Shown: positions 12,151 through 28,160 of the stretch, one piece after another
How positions within the stretch are numbered: position 1 is the first letter of the stretch
Layout of the letters: every line of letters starts with the position of its first letter
Source: Octopus vulgaris
Lineage: Eukaryota
Assembly: GCA_951406725.2 (NCBI GenBank)
Contig: OX597823.1
Location: forward strand, 88,350,001-88,414,000
Direction of reading: 5' to 3'
DNA: 64,000 nucleotides
The notes under the pieces: generated by a model
Told to the model about the DNA's origin: nothing
The model's database searches: none
What the model saw: only the letters and a program-made list of their open reading frames with translations
Position numbers and translations under genes: made by a program

Positions 12151-14485
12151 GCATTAATAATACTCCATGAATAACTTATGTCGTTGTTTAGGTAGTTGTA
12201 ACGTAAGTGAGATTTCAATGTTTATATATAATACAACCTGACAACCGACAGAAGGGTATCGAGTATGAAGCTTCAGTCTTAATTTATTGATACCGTCAAT
12301 TTTATTATCTGAAAATGTGGTTTTTCCATTGTTGTTCAACTTAAAGTCAGCTCTTACCGAATAGCCCTATGTTTAAATCCATTCCAGGCAGCACTAACTA
12401 AAATGTGAATACTGCATAACGTGGGCGATTTGGCAATTATGTTTATCAGTTTCACTAACACGTGATGTTTTGTTTTAAGAAGCGACGCTTCAAATATGCC
12501 AATTTCGGTTCTTACAAAATTAAGGTCATTTGGGAGATTAGACTAATGAAAGATACATATCACAATTTTTCCCTACTATTTAGAATATCCTCAGACAACA
12601 CACTTATATAATATGACTAAAGAATGTTGTTATAATACTATTTTCTTCTAGTACAACAAAACAAAATGTGTGTTATGAATTACCCTAATCTAGTAATGAG
12701 GCCTTAAAATATCAACGATATCAGGAGAACAATCTTTTTCATGAGCAGTTTTTTCATGTGGACGTTTGTTGTCTTTTTTTTATCATTGTATTTGTAATTA
12801 TTATTTGCGTGGTTTAGGCGACAGCACGTGTATTAGAAACGTATAGATAAAACCAAAATTTAATTATAGTTTTACTATAAAGTGATGTGATTGGAATACT
12901 GCTGCGTTTTATAACTAATAAGAAATGTGGTGCATTTGTTAGCAATATTAGAACAGGTAAAGATGAAAAGATTCAATTTATTTAGTATTTAAATGGAACG
13001 CGTTTATCAACTCAAAAGTGATAGAAAGCAATGCCTGCCCTGGCGGTGTTTGAATTAGAATAGAAATGATACGGCTATTTATTACTTAATACCACTTTAT
13101 TACTTTATACCACTGTGAAGATAATAGTAGCAATATTACACCAATATAACAATGCATAGCATGATGAGCTAACAGAATTGTTAAAACGACAGACAAAGTG
13201 CAAGGCGGTATTTCGTCCATCTCTACGTTCCGAGTTCAACTTCTCAGAGATCGACTTTGCCTTTCATCATTTCAGGGTCAGTAAATACTGGGGACGATGT
13301 AATCTGATTAACCCATCCTCCAAACTTGCTGACTTTCTGACAATATTTGAAACCAATACATCTGAAGAATGCTGGTCAATATCAAGTTTATAAGAGCCAT
13401 TTTTGTCATGTAAATCGAATTCATGAACAATTTAGTTAAATATTCCTTTGGGCTGTAACACTGCGACCTCCTCAACGATATATTTCTAATTCTACTATTT
13501 GAATTCTAGTTAATAGCAAATTATCAGTTCTTTTCCTTAGATTATTTCTTTTTTTTAAAATTTAGTGAGCTAATGTGCTTATTTTTCTACTGTATCAATT
13601 TTAGATGTACAAATCTGTGATAGGAAATTGGCACCGGATGCCGTTAATCGCTTCTAGCAGCATGCCTTTTTCTTCACACATATCATTATCATCAATGTTA
13701 TGCTACTTTCTACCACACGTTCATTATTTCGTTGAAATTTCACGTCCTCTTTTATATAATGTTTAGCACAAAATCCCTGCATTCTCCGTTGCCTACGCAT
13801 AAATTTGGAGGCAGTTGAGATATTTTTTTTATGATACAAGTCTTTACATGCCAAACAAGTGTGCCTCTAAAATTTTGTAGTCACATAAAATGTAAATACA
13901 TTGTCTCTATGAACAGTATTTTCTTAACCCGAGAAAGGGAATATGGTGACTGAGCCATATCTATACAGCTTAAAACATCAAACATGATAAACATAAATAA
14001 AAGTGAGTTTTTGAGAAAATTGTCCGATTTTATTGAAATAAATGGTTAACTCTCGGACACTCCTGTATATCCTGCTAATTCGTCTTCTTTGGCATTGTGA
14101 CAAATAAATTGCAAGTGTGCTAACAAATGTTCACGCCATGTTGCGGTTCACCTACCGCGGGTCACCTATTGTTGTTTATTATTTAAACTTACATCGATTC
14201 CTCCGTGGTGTTGTTTTGCATTTATAATAATATAAATATATACACATTTTATATGCATATACATGTATGTATATATGTATGTATTTGTGTGTCTGTGTTT
14301 GTCCCCCCAATCTCGCTTGACAACCGATGTTGGTGTGTTTACGTAACTTAGCGGTTCGCCAAAAGACACCGATAGAATAAGTACTAGGCTTACAAAGAAT
14401 AAGTCCTGGGGTCGATTTGCTCGACTAAAGGCGGTGCTCAACATGGCCACAGTCAAATGACTGAAGCTAGTAAAAGAGTAAAAAG

Positions 14486-14831
<346 letters not shown>

Positions 14832-14972
14832 TGTTTCTGGTTTGCTGATTTTCCCCGATCGTGGAGTGGTGGGTGGGGAACGATAGTCGAGGGGTTATTA
14901 TAGTGTAATACTTTATGACTATATATTACAGTCTTAGGTAGCACGTGTTATATATATGTGTATGTGTGTGTA

Positions 14973-15023
<51 letters not shown>

Positions 15024-15756
15024 TTATGTACATACATATGAATCCAGAAGTGATGGACGAAAGTAGCATTATCTTTTTTAGGTCTTTCTATGTTTCTATC
15101 CCTAACGAACCTATAATGACTACTGGAAACAGCTATAAGTCTAATTTACTACAATAAGGAAAAATACGTAATCTCTATTATTTATACCTTGTCTTGCATA
15201 TGTGTGTGTGTGTATGTATGTGCGCGCGCGTGTGTGTGTATCTGTGTGTGTGTAGGTGTGTGTGTGTGTGCCAGTTAATCCATCGAAAATGTAATTTTAT
15301 CAGATTTTCGCGTATAACAATAGCATAGAATGATTGATGAAATACAAAGGGAGAATTGAAATTTCTTTGCCTCTTTCGTTTTTTTTCTTGTTCTCGGAGA
15401 TAGTGAAAATATATGCAAGGTATTTGCATCTTTCTACACATAGAGTATTGACAGTAATTGCCTATTCTGTAATTTACTATAACATTGAATAACAGACAAT
15501 ATTATTACTATTATTATTATTACATTTTTTTTCAAGTTTGGTAATGACGGCAAAACCGTTAGAGAGTCGTAAAAGTGAGTTTTTGAAAAAATGCTGGGTG
15601 ATACACCACTTTTTTTTCTCTCAGTTCATTCCACAGAAATTTTCTCCTGATACTTCATTTACAATCTGTGACAAACAAAGTACGTCCAAAGTTTTTATAG
15701 AGTGGACATCTCGAATCCCTCATTATTATTATTACTACTACTACTACTACTACTAT

Positions 15757-15808
<52 letters not shown>

Positions 15809-16235
15809 TCTGCTCTAACCGCAAATTGCACAGAAGTGAACTTCACCCTTTCGGTGGCGATAAAGGAATTACCAACCAAGTAGTGGGGTCGATGTAATCG
15901 TCTTAACTCCTCCACCGTAATTGCTGGCTTTCTGCTATAATTTGAAACCAATATAATTATTATTGCTGCTGCTGCTACTACTACTACTACAATTGCTACT
16001 ACTATATAAGACAGTATGATGGCAATATCGTTAGCAAGCCGGACATATTGCTTAGTACGGTTTCCTCCGTCTTTAACTTCTGACTTCAAATTCCGATGAT
16101 GTCAACTTAGCATTTCATCGTTTTGAGGTCCCTGAAATAAGAACCCCTTCAGTTCTGGGGTCCATGCAATCGACTTGCTCCTCCCTTGAAATTGCTGGCA
16201 TTGTGCCAAAAGTTGAAACCAGTATCAAACCAGTA

Positions 16236-16287
<52 letters not shown>

Positions 16288-16418
16288 CATTATTCCGCCG
16301 AGGTCACCTTTGTCTCTCACTTCTTCGGGGTAGATACATTTATTACCAGTGAGATACTGGGGTTGATGAAATCGACTATTCCCGTTCCCCAAATTTCTGG
16401 CCTTGTGCATATAGTAGA

Positions 16419-16468
<50 letters not shown>

Positions 16469-17001
16469 CTTGTAATAGTAGCACGAGGTGCAGAAGTGGG
16501 AGGTGGAGGATTTTTATAAAATTACATGAAAATATCTACTTTACACAGCACAAGAAAGTGGAACTCACAATATCCATTTAAATAATAACTATAATCTTAA
16601 CAATATTCAAAATTTTCTGACGTACGCTGTTCACTAGTGTCCAGAACAGAATAATTATTTCTTACAACCGCAATGTATTATACGTTTCGAGAGAACAGTA
16701 ATGATAATGTTTTTACGGCCATTTTCTAAAATCTTTCGAATATTTATTGGGTATAATTCAACACTTATAGACCAATCATAACATTACATTCCGTTTATGA
16801 TATTATTTCGATTTTGTTTACTTTCAATAGCCTTCTGCACTTTCTACTTGGCTAAATGTATCCACAGTATTATATAATACTTTTAAATCATCTCTAAAAT
16901 TTCTATTAAATGGATAACGGAATATATAATCGTAGTTTTTGGTATTTGCTGTTATACGTTGCTGATAAAGAGTTTGTGATTGATATTGTTGGTATTTTTA
17001 G

Positions 17002-17105
17002 GCTGATGGAGCATGGGTAAGACCGAAAACGTTCTAGACGTCACCATTCAGGATATTTGAATATGAAGTATTGGAATGCGTTCATAGGCTCATCAGAAAA
17101 TCGTG
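17002..17105 (+). pseudogene. Decayed exon, possibly F-type lectin-like N-terminal half (ADGAWVRPKTF*TSPFRIF...)
   Basis: Acceptor ggtatttttag and donor gtaggt; stops in all three frames. Confidence 0.3.
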
Positions 17106-18809
17106 GTAGGTACTACAATTATTCCATTTATGATTCAACTAGAATGCTTATTTATATATGCTAATAGTGCTGCCGTTCACAGTGTCAATGCAATTGTAGA
17201 TGGCGTTGTATGTGATTTCAGCTAAAGAGGCAAGTCTTCTTTGCATAGGTATATATGTGCGAGAGAGAGAGAGAGAAAGACAGACAGACAGACAGACAGA
17301 CATGTTAGAGTATGTTAGAGTATATACAATAGCGCGACCAATATCTTCCTTCTTCCTTTTAATGTACTTATAAATTTAGTTAATTACAATATATATTCAG
17401 GGTCGAGGCCAATGCGGTAATCCAGTTAGATAATTACCGATATTAGATATGAGTATCTTCATCTCTCTATCCCCGCCTCTCTCTCCTTCTCTCTCTCTGT
17501 CTATCTATCTGTCTATCTATCTATCTATCTATCTATCTATATATATATATTTTTTGGCATATATATATATATATATATATAAAGATTAGACATACATACA
17601 TACATACATATATATATGCGTGTGTGTGTGATTATTAATATTGGGGAAGTTATTTCTAGGTCCACAGGTAGGAGTAATTCAATTTAGTGTCAATAAATGA
17701 ATTTCTTGCTGTATCATATACATATATATATGTGAGTTTAAGAAACAGAACCACCTTCAAGCAACTCAAACAACATTGAACGACATAATCTATGATAGAG
17801 ATATATAAGATTAAATTTCATCAAAATTAATATCTACAATAACTATTCTGCATCATATATTAAATTATATAGAATACGCGCGTTTCTTGACAATATATGT
17901 ATCAGAATATTTCAGATGTTTTAAGTTTTAATCGAATTTTTAGTCGAATTTAAGATTGTATTATCCTAAATTTTTAATATTAAAAAAAAATTGATTTTAA
18001 GAGTAACGTCAATGTTAAGAATAATAGTGTAATCAATAGATATTAAATATTATTACAATTATAAAAATTTAGAAAAGATTAGACTTTTACTTATTCGCAA
18101 ATATTTTTCATTGTATCGGTTTAGTAATTTGGTGTACATTTTTACATATCTGTATGTTTGGATGTTTGCTTATGTTGGCATATAAATTAAATAAATAAAC
18201 CGCATAAAAAATTAGACCATTCCCATCATAAATTTATTTCCGGCTTTTCTTATTTTTTCATTTGTTACTTCTCTTCTACGGTAAATATATAAAATACAAA
18301 ATATATTCTAAGAACTCTTAAATGTTAATAAGAATTATCTTCCCTACACCGACCTCTCAAGCTTAGATTATACGTTGCACACTTGGAAGCCATGATTAAT
18401 TCGTGGCGTGGAAATTACCAAAAAGATAAGTTAAAATTTCTTTTTTGTTATTTTTATTATTGTTTATTCCTCATTTTTGTACATTAATGTAAAATTATTT
18501 CGACGATTTCTAGTTGTATAATTTTAATTGTCATGCCTTTATATTGGATGTAAATAGTAAAATAGTTTTAGGCAATCCAGACCTGAATATTGGCAGTATA
18601 GTCGGATTGATAGGGTATTGAATTTCTAGAGCTATTTCAGGAATACCGATAGACAAATTGCCAAGAAACGCGCGTAGGCTATATAGTTGAATATATGATG
18701 CAGAATAATAATTGTAGATATCAATTTTGATCGAATTTCATCTTATAATATTATAGAACATGTCGTTCAATGTTGATTAAGTTGCTTGAAGGTGGTTCTG
18801 TCTGTCAAA

Positions 18810-18852
<43 letters not shown>

Positions 18853-18894
18853 GTGTGTGTGTGTGTGTGTTTGTATAAGTATATGTATATGGAT

Positions 18895-19232
18895 ATATAT
18901 ATATGTATAAATGTATGTCTATGTATTTTTATACGTATATTTATATATGTATATGCATACATACACACGCACATATATACATACATATATATATACACAT
19001 ATATATACCAACGTATACATATACATATATATATATACATACATATACGTATATATATATATATATATATATATATACGTATATGTATGTATATATATGT
19101 ATATGTATACGTTGGTATATATATGTATATACATATATATATATATGCATGTATGTGCGTGTGTATGTATGCATATACATATATAAATATACATATAAAA
19201 ATACATAGACATGCATTTATACATATATATAT
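18895..19232. repeat. About 335-bp imperfect palindrome built from degenerate microsatellite
   Basis: Arms mirror unique marks (tgtctatgtattttta/taaaaatacatagaca; ccaacgt/acgttgg) around a central acgt(at)n-acgt at 19047-19080. Confidence 0.9.
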
Positions 19233-19549
19233 TATGTAAAACTTGTGTGTGTGTGTGTATGTGTAACTGCCACACCGTTCGGTTACAATGTGTAGTATTG
19301 CAGTTGATCTGTGAAACGTAATGTAAAGTGTAATGCTAACGTAGTTCTCGGTTACGTAGTTTTCAGCAGTGTCAAGACTGGCTCTGCCAAACAGATGCAC
19401 CAATGATTTTTCCTGAGTCGATGTAAGCAACATCAGATAAGTATTACGTTCATGAGTACAAGGCATCGTGGAGTATCGAATTCACGACCTTAAAATCGTG
19501 AGTCGAATATACATAACCACTAAGACAAAAGCCTTCTCATTATATATAT

Positions 19550-19830
<281 letters not shown>

Positions 19831-21124
19831 GTGTGTGTGTATACGTATAATTATATATGCATATATGCATATGAATGTATATATATATATATACATACGT
19901 AAATGCATCTGTATATATGTATATATATATTTATATGTATATATCTATAGATATATGTATATATAATTATATTTATATGTATATATCTATAGATATATGT
20001 ATATATAATTATATATGTAAATATATATATGTATGCATATATATAAATATATATATATAGAGAGAGAGACAGATGAGACGGAAGAGAGAAATAGTGAAAC
20101 GTAGATATTTACACATATGTAAACATGTATTGTAAGTTGGTATATACATATGTCTGTACGTGTGCGTGCGTGCGTGCGCGCACCTATGTGTCTGTATCTG
20201 TACCTATACCTATATGTCTGTATTGAACGAGAATGTATTTAAATTGCGAAATTACTACTTTAGGCGACTCGCGGGATAGCAAGCTCGAAGCAAAGAATAT
20301 TAACTGAAGTCTGAGAGCAGCGTGATGCTTTGAATATTAAGTACATTTTATTGGATTTCTCAACTTGAAATATAGAAGTATTGATACGATAGCCTATATT
20401 AGTACTGACTGCTCTTGTTGCTAGTTGTATAAATTAAATCTACGTTTTGTGAAGATTCATATACATTTATGAATACGTAAATGCTATATTGTAAATATTA
20501 TATGACATTCCATAAGATATATTTAATCATTAAATGTGTATCTGTATACACTTACTGAAATGATAGCCACACTAGAGTAACCTGTTATATTATGGGTAAC
20601 TTAGGAAATACACTGATACATATAAAAATGTTAATTTTTATTATATTACTTGACGCGTATACAACATGGAAACGTATTTCTCAAAAGAAAACCATTCCTT
20701 AAAATCAATTACAATTCTCTTTATCTTAACGTGGATATTGTGATAGAATACAGAACGTTGTGCCATTTGCCTGGAAAGGACCTCTGGTATGGATTAATGG
20801 CGCATAAAAACAATCTCATTTATATCCTTAGCAGAAGAAAGCTGCATACTACGGCTGCTGGAACTGCCAGATCGCGTGAAATCCTTCTGACTTCAGCTGT
20901 GCAGCGACTGATATACATTGGCATCATAACAGCCGATGATTCTTCGCCAATGATATCTTTTTATCTTTTACTGTTTTCATACCAGGGCTGAGGTCATGCT
21001 GGTGCACCACCTGTTATTACTCGGTGCTGTTTCCGGTATTGATCCGGGGGAAGTAGCAAGTAGGACAGAGTTGCTCTTCTTTGCATCTCCTGCACGCAAT
21101 GTGGGTTGTTCTCTTCTAGGAACG

Positions 21125-21340
21125 CGATCAGCCTTTTTTTCTGACAATGCGTTCCATTGCCTTGCTAACATGTGATGCCAGAGCGATAGGCCTGTAGTCT
21201 TTAGCATCTGTCCTGCTCCCTGCTTTATAGACAGAGCATGTTAAAACCTCTTTTAGAATGTTAGGAAGTATGCCACATACAAGGAAACTCTGAAAGAAAA
21301 TCTGCAATGGCTTTGCAAGAGCCTTTTTACATGTCGTCTT
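21125..21340 (-). mobile_element. CR1-group LINE internal fragment
   Basis: ALAKPLQIFFQSFL..GILP..LK....SVYKAGSRTDAKDYRPIALASHVSKAMERIV. Confidence 0.85.
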
Positions 21341-22403
21341 ACATATATAGAACAACAGTGTCTATTAGAATAACACTGATATCGCAAACAGCCAGAGGGC
21401 TTCTTGACAAGTAATTAATGGCGGCAGAAGCAGTACAAGTACTACAGCGTAAACATTATATCCAAATTAACGTGGATGGTGTGTTAGAAAACAGAACACT
21501 ACGTTATTTGTCTCGAAGAAAAGACCTCTCATATAGACAGGTGGTGCAGTTCCAGATTCTCTGAAAGACGGTTCTCGTTCATCAACGATATAAATAACAC
21601 TGTTTCTAAGCATCTTATTTATTTACAAGCGTAATTCTAATAAACGGCGTCTAGTCCCTTGTAGAACCAAAATATTAATCATTAAATCCTTAAAAGGCGA
21701 TTCATAGTCGGATTTATTTGGTTTGTCCATTTGCATGCTATGATCCAGCTGATCTGTAATGACAGAAATCTTCAGCCATTTTATTTTACCTATTACATCT
21801 CTTTTCTAAGACGGGATTATGAAATTAGGGGGAGATTTTACTGCTATTTCTTGCACGTTAAGCAACCTATGGCAGGTTCCTTCGTTGGCTTATATAACCT
21901 CTTGCAATGTAAATTTATCATACCATTTGACCTGCGACACTTGCCAGGTCAGGTGAAAAATTAGTAAAGAAATTACAAAATATTATTTTAAAAAAAACTC
22001 TTAAATAAAGTTCGTGAATTCGCGTTGCGCAGTGTGCTAAATTTGGACCTAAGGGCTGCTTTGATCACATTTGCATTTATTTAGTTTCGAGCTATCCAAG
22101 AATAAAATGAATAAAACTCTATTATATGATTGTTCTTCAAAACTTGTCGATAAATAATATTTATGTTCCAAACAAATGAAATCGAATTACGAACTAATTA
22201 GTTTTTATCAAAATAACATACACAGCGCACTTAGAAATATCCCCTATCTAGCAAGGTGCTTCGGAAATAAATATTGCATTAAATAAGTTAATAATCGACT
22301 GTTATGTTGATCTAATATTATTTTGGTTTCAAATTAAACAGCTCAACGAATACAAAACAAGTAAATTCAGTTGTTTTTCTTTTAATTATTTTACGGTTTA
22401 CAG

Positions 22404-22517
22404 ATTCGCAGGATTTAATCTATCGATTAACCACTAAACAGATTTGAGCTAAAGCAGTACATGGAAATTCGATGGAAGCGTATGATTTTTACACATATTC
22501 CATTAAATCAAGAATGG
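22404..22517 (+). pseudogene. Decayed F-type lectin/galactose-binding-like exon (RFAGFNLSINH*TDLS*...)
   Basis: Acceptor ggtttacag, phase 2. RFAGFxLxI resembles the RFxGFSLYxSN strand of molluscan lectin-EGF receptors. In-frame TAA stops. Confidence 0.45.
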
Positions 22518-25500
22518 GTGTGCTAAGACTGAATCAAAATGATAACCACATATTCATCGTGTTCATATCCAGTGTTCAGGAAAGGAAGGATACGCATTTA
22601 AGAGACAAACGATTCTAGATTTTACTTTCAAGATTGTAGGTGTCTTTTTGGAAATAGTATGAGTTATTTGTCAATTTCGTTTTTGGATTTGGTCTGTAAG
22701 ATTCCTTATGTGAGTTCGTGTGTTGAAGCATACGTTATTGGGTCTGGGGAGAGTCATTCTCTTACAGTGCCTTATAATTTAACACACTCACCAGTAAAAT
22801 TTCCACTTATTTCTTTTTTATTTTGCTAAAATTTTTAATAGTTTTAATAGCTTTGACTCAGTTCGTTCTTTACACTGCCAAATAATGATTTCCGAATTTC
22901 TTGGCGTACAAAAACATACCCTCACCATATAGCTGTTATTGTGCTTTGTAGATTGTTTTTGGTTATAAGTGTTTATTGAACTCGATATTTTAAAGGAGAT
23001 CAGTTACGAGAAATTCACTCCATGCTGTCATTTTTCAATTACATTTCGAGTAATAAATGTTATAACATATAATCCACACAGGGTGAGAGATAAAACCTAA
23101 CATATTTTAAACAGCCATGGGCGTGAGTGTCGCATGGGTAAGCAGATGGTAATGGTGCTTTTATGTAGCTACCTTTTTTCTTTTTTTCTTTGTTAAACAT
23201 CACCATGACTTCTGAACGTTTTCTGTTGAGACGTTTAACAATCATTGTTTATTTGGGTCGGTATTTAGACACAATTGGACACAAAGTTACTCAGATTACA
23301 ACAGCACAAAACTAGCCGGCTTGCCTTACCGCTTAGAGATAAAAGGAAACCATTTCAAGGTGGCTGTGATTGACAGGGACTGAAGATGGAATCCTACTGT
23401 ATGAGGAAAATAATTCAGTCATAACTACTCTACAGATGCGGATCGTGCAGGCTAAGAGGTGAAAGCTTTGTTTCCTTGAGATAACTACTGATGATATGGA
23501 AGAGATTCTGATATCCACAGAGGTTCATAAGAGGATTTTGTAATATTTCTGAGTAGCTCCAGCTGTGTGAGGCAAAAGCATCTGGGATGTTTGTTTTGCT
23601 TCGTGACCATTTCTATATGAGAACAGCTTTCAGTGTTAAAATGGAACAGAATTGAAATAAATTGCTATTGTTTACCTCTGTTATCAGAAACACACACCAT
23701 TATCATATTGTGAATATTACATGGTGATAAATTAACGAGACTAATTTATCTATGCTATGCTACTTTCCTATGATATATTAAATTTTAATTCAACTGATGT
23801 CTAATTGTTACGTCTAATCGGTCTGGTGGTTATCTAACTGCGTTGTTGTCTTATCACGAACAATATAAATTTAACGCTACTCTGAATGTGTAAGCTACTG
23901 AACACAAAGCCACTTGTATTACTTGTGAACGTAATTGAAATCAAATCTACTCCTTATATTCATACATCTTAATTTTCAAAATGCTATTGCTACAATGTCA
24001 CAAATGACTATATTTCATGCAGGCAATCCCGCTTTATTTATTTAGTAGCGCTTGGACTTGTAAAATTGCTGAGCTGAAAATATTAGTGGCTCGTCTAATA
24101 CAGATTCTTTAAAATTTGTTCACACAAATCTTTTAAATATTTATGTAGAATATTCCATTTATCATTATTAATATAATTATATCCTGCTAAGAAAAGTATA
24201 TAAAAGATTGTCAGAATACTCATCAATTGTTTATGGGCTGACGAATAGCGATTTTGGGCTTCAGTAGATAATTGCGTGTCGGAAATTCTCTCTTGAAGCA
24301 TTAGCATCAGTGATAGTATATTTAGAAAGCTTCAGAAGAAGAACATCAAAGATCACACGAGTTGTACTGATATCAAAGACGCATTTGTGCGAGGCTATTC
24401 TTCAAACTAAAGTTATAAAACCATATCTTTTGATATCGTTCATATTCTTACCATGTGCATCTGCCACCTAAATTCGTTAAGTTCATTACTGAAATCTGCA
24501 TTAGATATTGCATACATCACTGGATATAATATTAACATCAATAGGAATTATTATAATTTTCATATCGATTTTCAAATATTAAGTTTTATGATATTATTGA
24601 CTGCACAGAATGTATATCTTCTGTTTTTACGTATAGGTATATATGTGAAACATTTCAGAAAGATCTCATTTTTTAATAACTCTATTTAAACTGTCATACA
24701 GAAGTACGTGTCAACTTAATCATACACTAAGTAGCGGATAAAATGTTAATACTATACACAAGTCTTAAAATTGAAAGCTTACCCATGAATTATTGTTCAT
24801 TTATGTGTTTTTCACGCTAATGTAGACATTTATATACTCCATATGAAAGAATTGTCTAAATTCATTCGAGACGGAATTTCTTCTACTTTTAAATGGTTTT
24901 AATTTGTGGGAAATATCTGTATAAGTACGGCATGAAAATTAACTATCATATATCTATATTGATATGTTCCTGAAGTTATAAATAATTCTATATAACCAAA
25001 GGAGAAATATATTGAAAACGCTTGCTTATTTGGAAGGAAGAACATCTTGTAGCGGACGTGAATAAAATTTATATGATGTCTTAAATACGCAATACTTCGT
25101 GAATTTACTTTCCTATACAAAGACACTTTCTTACTGAAAAATTTCGTATAAGAAATACACTATATCATTATTTACTTAACATGAAATGAACTTCACTGTT
25201 TATGCTAAAAATTGCTAATCATTACACAATATATTTCGTAGAATGACTCTTTTAAATTCATATTTAACTTTCAATGCTTATGAATCACGTTTAATCCAAA
25301 TATTTGAATCCCAAATAATAATTCTTAATATCGAAACTAAATCTCATTTTCAGTAGAGATGCTGAATACGGGAAAGCATTGTTTCTTTGTCAAAACAATT
25401 AATCAGTGAGATAAAAACATAATAATTCAACTTTTGGTTTCAAATATACGTGCACGTGTGTGTGTGCTTGTATTCGTGTGTGTGTTCGTGTGCGTGCATA

Positions 25501-25876
25501 CAGATAGATAGATAGATAGATTGATGGATGGAAACATGATTCTATGCAGAGAAAAGATTGCAAGAAAAAATTTATGAAGGTTTTGTTTCACATTAAAGGC
25601 ACATTAGGATTCATTTTTATAAAATAATTCGTACACTGTTCTCGGCTTTTTATTTCTACCGATTCGTTACCATGACATCCGAATAGAATACAATATATGA
25701 GGTCAATCCCTGAAAGCGACCTCCTTCAACTTATTGTGCTTTATATCTAAGGACCTTTAATGTGAATGATTTGCAGGAATCATTAACTGTCTAAATTGTA
25801 TATATGTATGTGTGCGTGTGTGTATGCATACATATATACACACATATGCATATATATATATATATCTATATATATA

Positions 25877-25912
<36 letters not shown>

Positions 25913-26057
25913 TATATGTATATATATATAGATAGATATAGATATAAGTATATATACATACATATATATATATGTATATATATAGATATAACTATATATA
26001 CATACATATATATAGATATAAGTATATATACATACATACACACACACACATATATAT

Positions 26058-26118
<61 letters not shown>

Positions 26119-27263
26119 TAGGAGACTGTACGATTTTATCACATTACGGTGTCTAGGAGCCTGTGTTTATCTATTTGGAGAAGCATGAAACTGATTCATG
26201 CACTGATAACGACGCTGGAATTTATAAGTGGTTACAAATCTCTAAGAAATGAGATTGTTTGCTCTGCAACATTGGTATCGATAATTAAATAGCAAACTCT
26301 ATTTTGAAGACGTCATTCCTAATCTTATAAATTAATATTGATGATTGCCTGTAGCTATATTTTATGCAGTCTTTGAAGTTGGTTGATTTCTAACATTTGT
26401 CTAGCGATTTTAAAATGAAGCTATGTTGCGGATAAAAGTGGAAAAATGATGCATATTAACGTTCATTCTCTGTAATATGGTGTTGACTTAATTCCTTATA
26501 ATCCTTCATTATACGCCATATCGTCTGTGTTCAAACCACACGGAGATCGACTACATCAGAAAGCGTACAGTAACATGATTATCGTTTCACTCTATTTAAT
26601 TTCATGCATCACAGTTTTTATTTTGTATTTTTCTCCAAAAGACTGAGTTCTTGGTTTATCATTCCGTAACAAATATAACGCCAAACTAAGTGTGCTTGAA
26701 TGAATTTATTCTATCTTAATGTTGTACCAAAGTGCGAAATAAGTATTAATAAGACACACAATTATCGTGGCTACTCTACACGCAGAGTATCTCATAATTC
26801 TATAAAATATTTGTATATTAGTAATAAGGTTTGACAGGAAAAATTCCACAAAAAAGGAAGCCTAATCAAATTATTTATAACAAAACTGCGAAAATTCTGA
26901 AGAAAAAGTGTTGTAATATATGTATTACTTATATTTGAAAACGAATGTTGTTATAGATATCGAAATAAAAGGAACCAGTGACACATTTTCTGTAATTTCT
27001 AATAAATTTATATACTTATTTATTGCCAGCCGAAATAATTCTCAACTTGACATGACGGAACTAATAAAGAGAATATATTTGAATGTTAATAATCGTACAT
27101 ACATACGCCATATCCGCACAATAACTCCCACCGAAACAACTCACGCAGACCCACATGCATACACATGCATGAATACATACATGCATACATACTTACATAT
27201 ATCCATACATACATACATACATATGTGAGTATATGTGTGTATACATGCATGTATGTATGTATG

Positions 27264-27322
<59 letters not shown>

Positions 27323-28025
27323 GTGATGATACTGCGTAAACATGTACAACGTTGAATGAATATGAATATACCTATTCAGGAGCATCAGTTTCTCGAGAAC
27401 AATATATATATATACAATAATAGAAGACAGGAAGCAGTATATGAACATAATGTTTTGTACAGATGTTTCTAATAAATATTTGGAAAATTTTAAGTATTAG
27501 TCTCAAGAATTAATTATTGTATTCAAGTAAAATTGTTGGAATAGAAGCGACATCTACATGCACACAAATAAGCAGGCCATCGCTAACTTGCGTAATATAG
27601 TAGGTTATTAATATAAATAGTAGTTATGTTGTATAAATTCGAAGTAGTAACGTCCTTGTATAATATGAATTAAAATAGAATATTTATTAATTTGACATGC
27701 AATGTTGATCAATGATCTCATGAATGCATATGGAGACACAGTTTAAGAGTTTGGTTTTTAATCTTACTAATACGGGCAATAAAACACGTTTTTAAATATA
27801 TTAAATAGATTCATTATGCATGCGGGATAGCAAATTTATATCATGATATTTCGAAACATTGTTTAAAATACAATAATATTATCGGGTTTGAAGGAAAGTA
27901 ATATATCGCAATGGCCATCGTGTTGAGGCTACAGTCATGAAATGTAATAGAAACTTGGCAGAACCCTACCTTTTTCAATGTATGCGTCAATCAAAATTTG
28001 AACTCATTACTATCTATGTTTGTAG

Positions 28026-28160
28026 AATTGAGGTTCTCAAAACTGTGATAATGGATTGCTTGTCTAGAGCATTGTAGTAAATTTGTTCAAAATGTCCATG
28101 CTAGTTTCCAAACTATTATTTGCCCCGTGTTTCATGCATTATGGGAAATATAAAGCTTTC
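28026..28160 (+). pseudogene. Decayed EGF-like exon (IEV..CDNG..EHCSK / ICSKCPC across frameshifts)
   Basis: Acceptor ctatgtttgtag; Cys spacing of MEGF-type EGF repeats when frames are joined; 3' end approximate. Confidence 0.4.
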
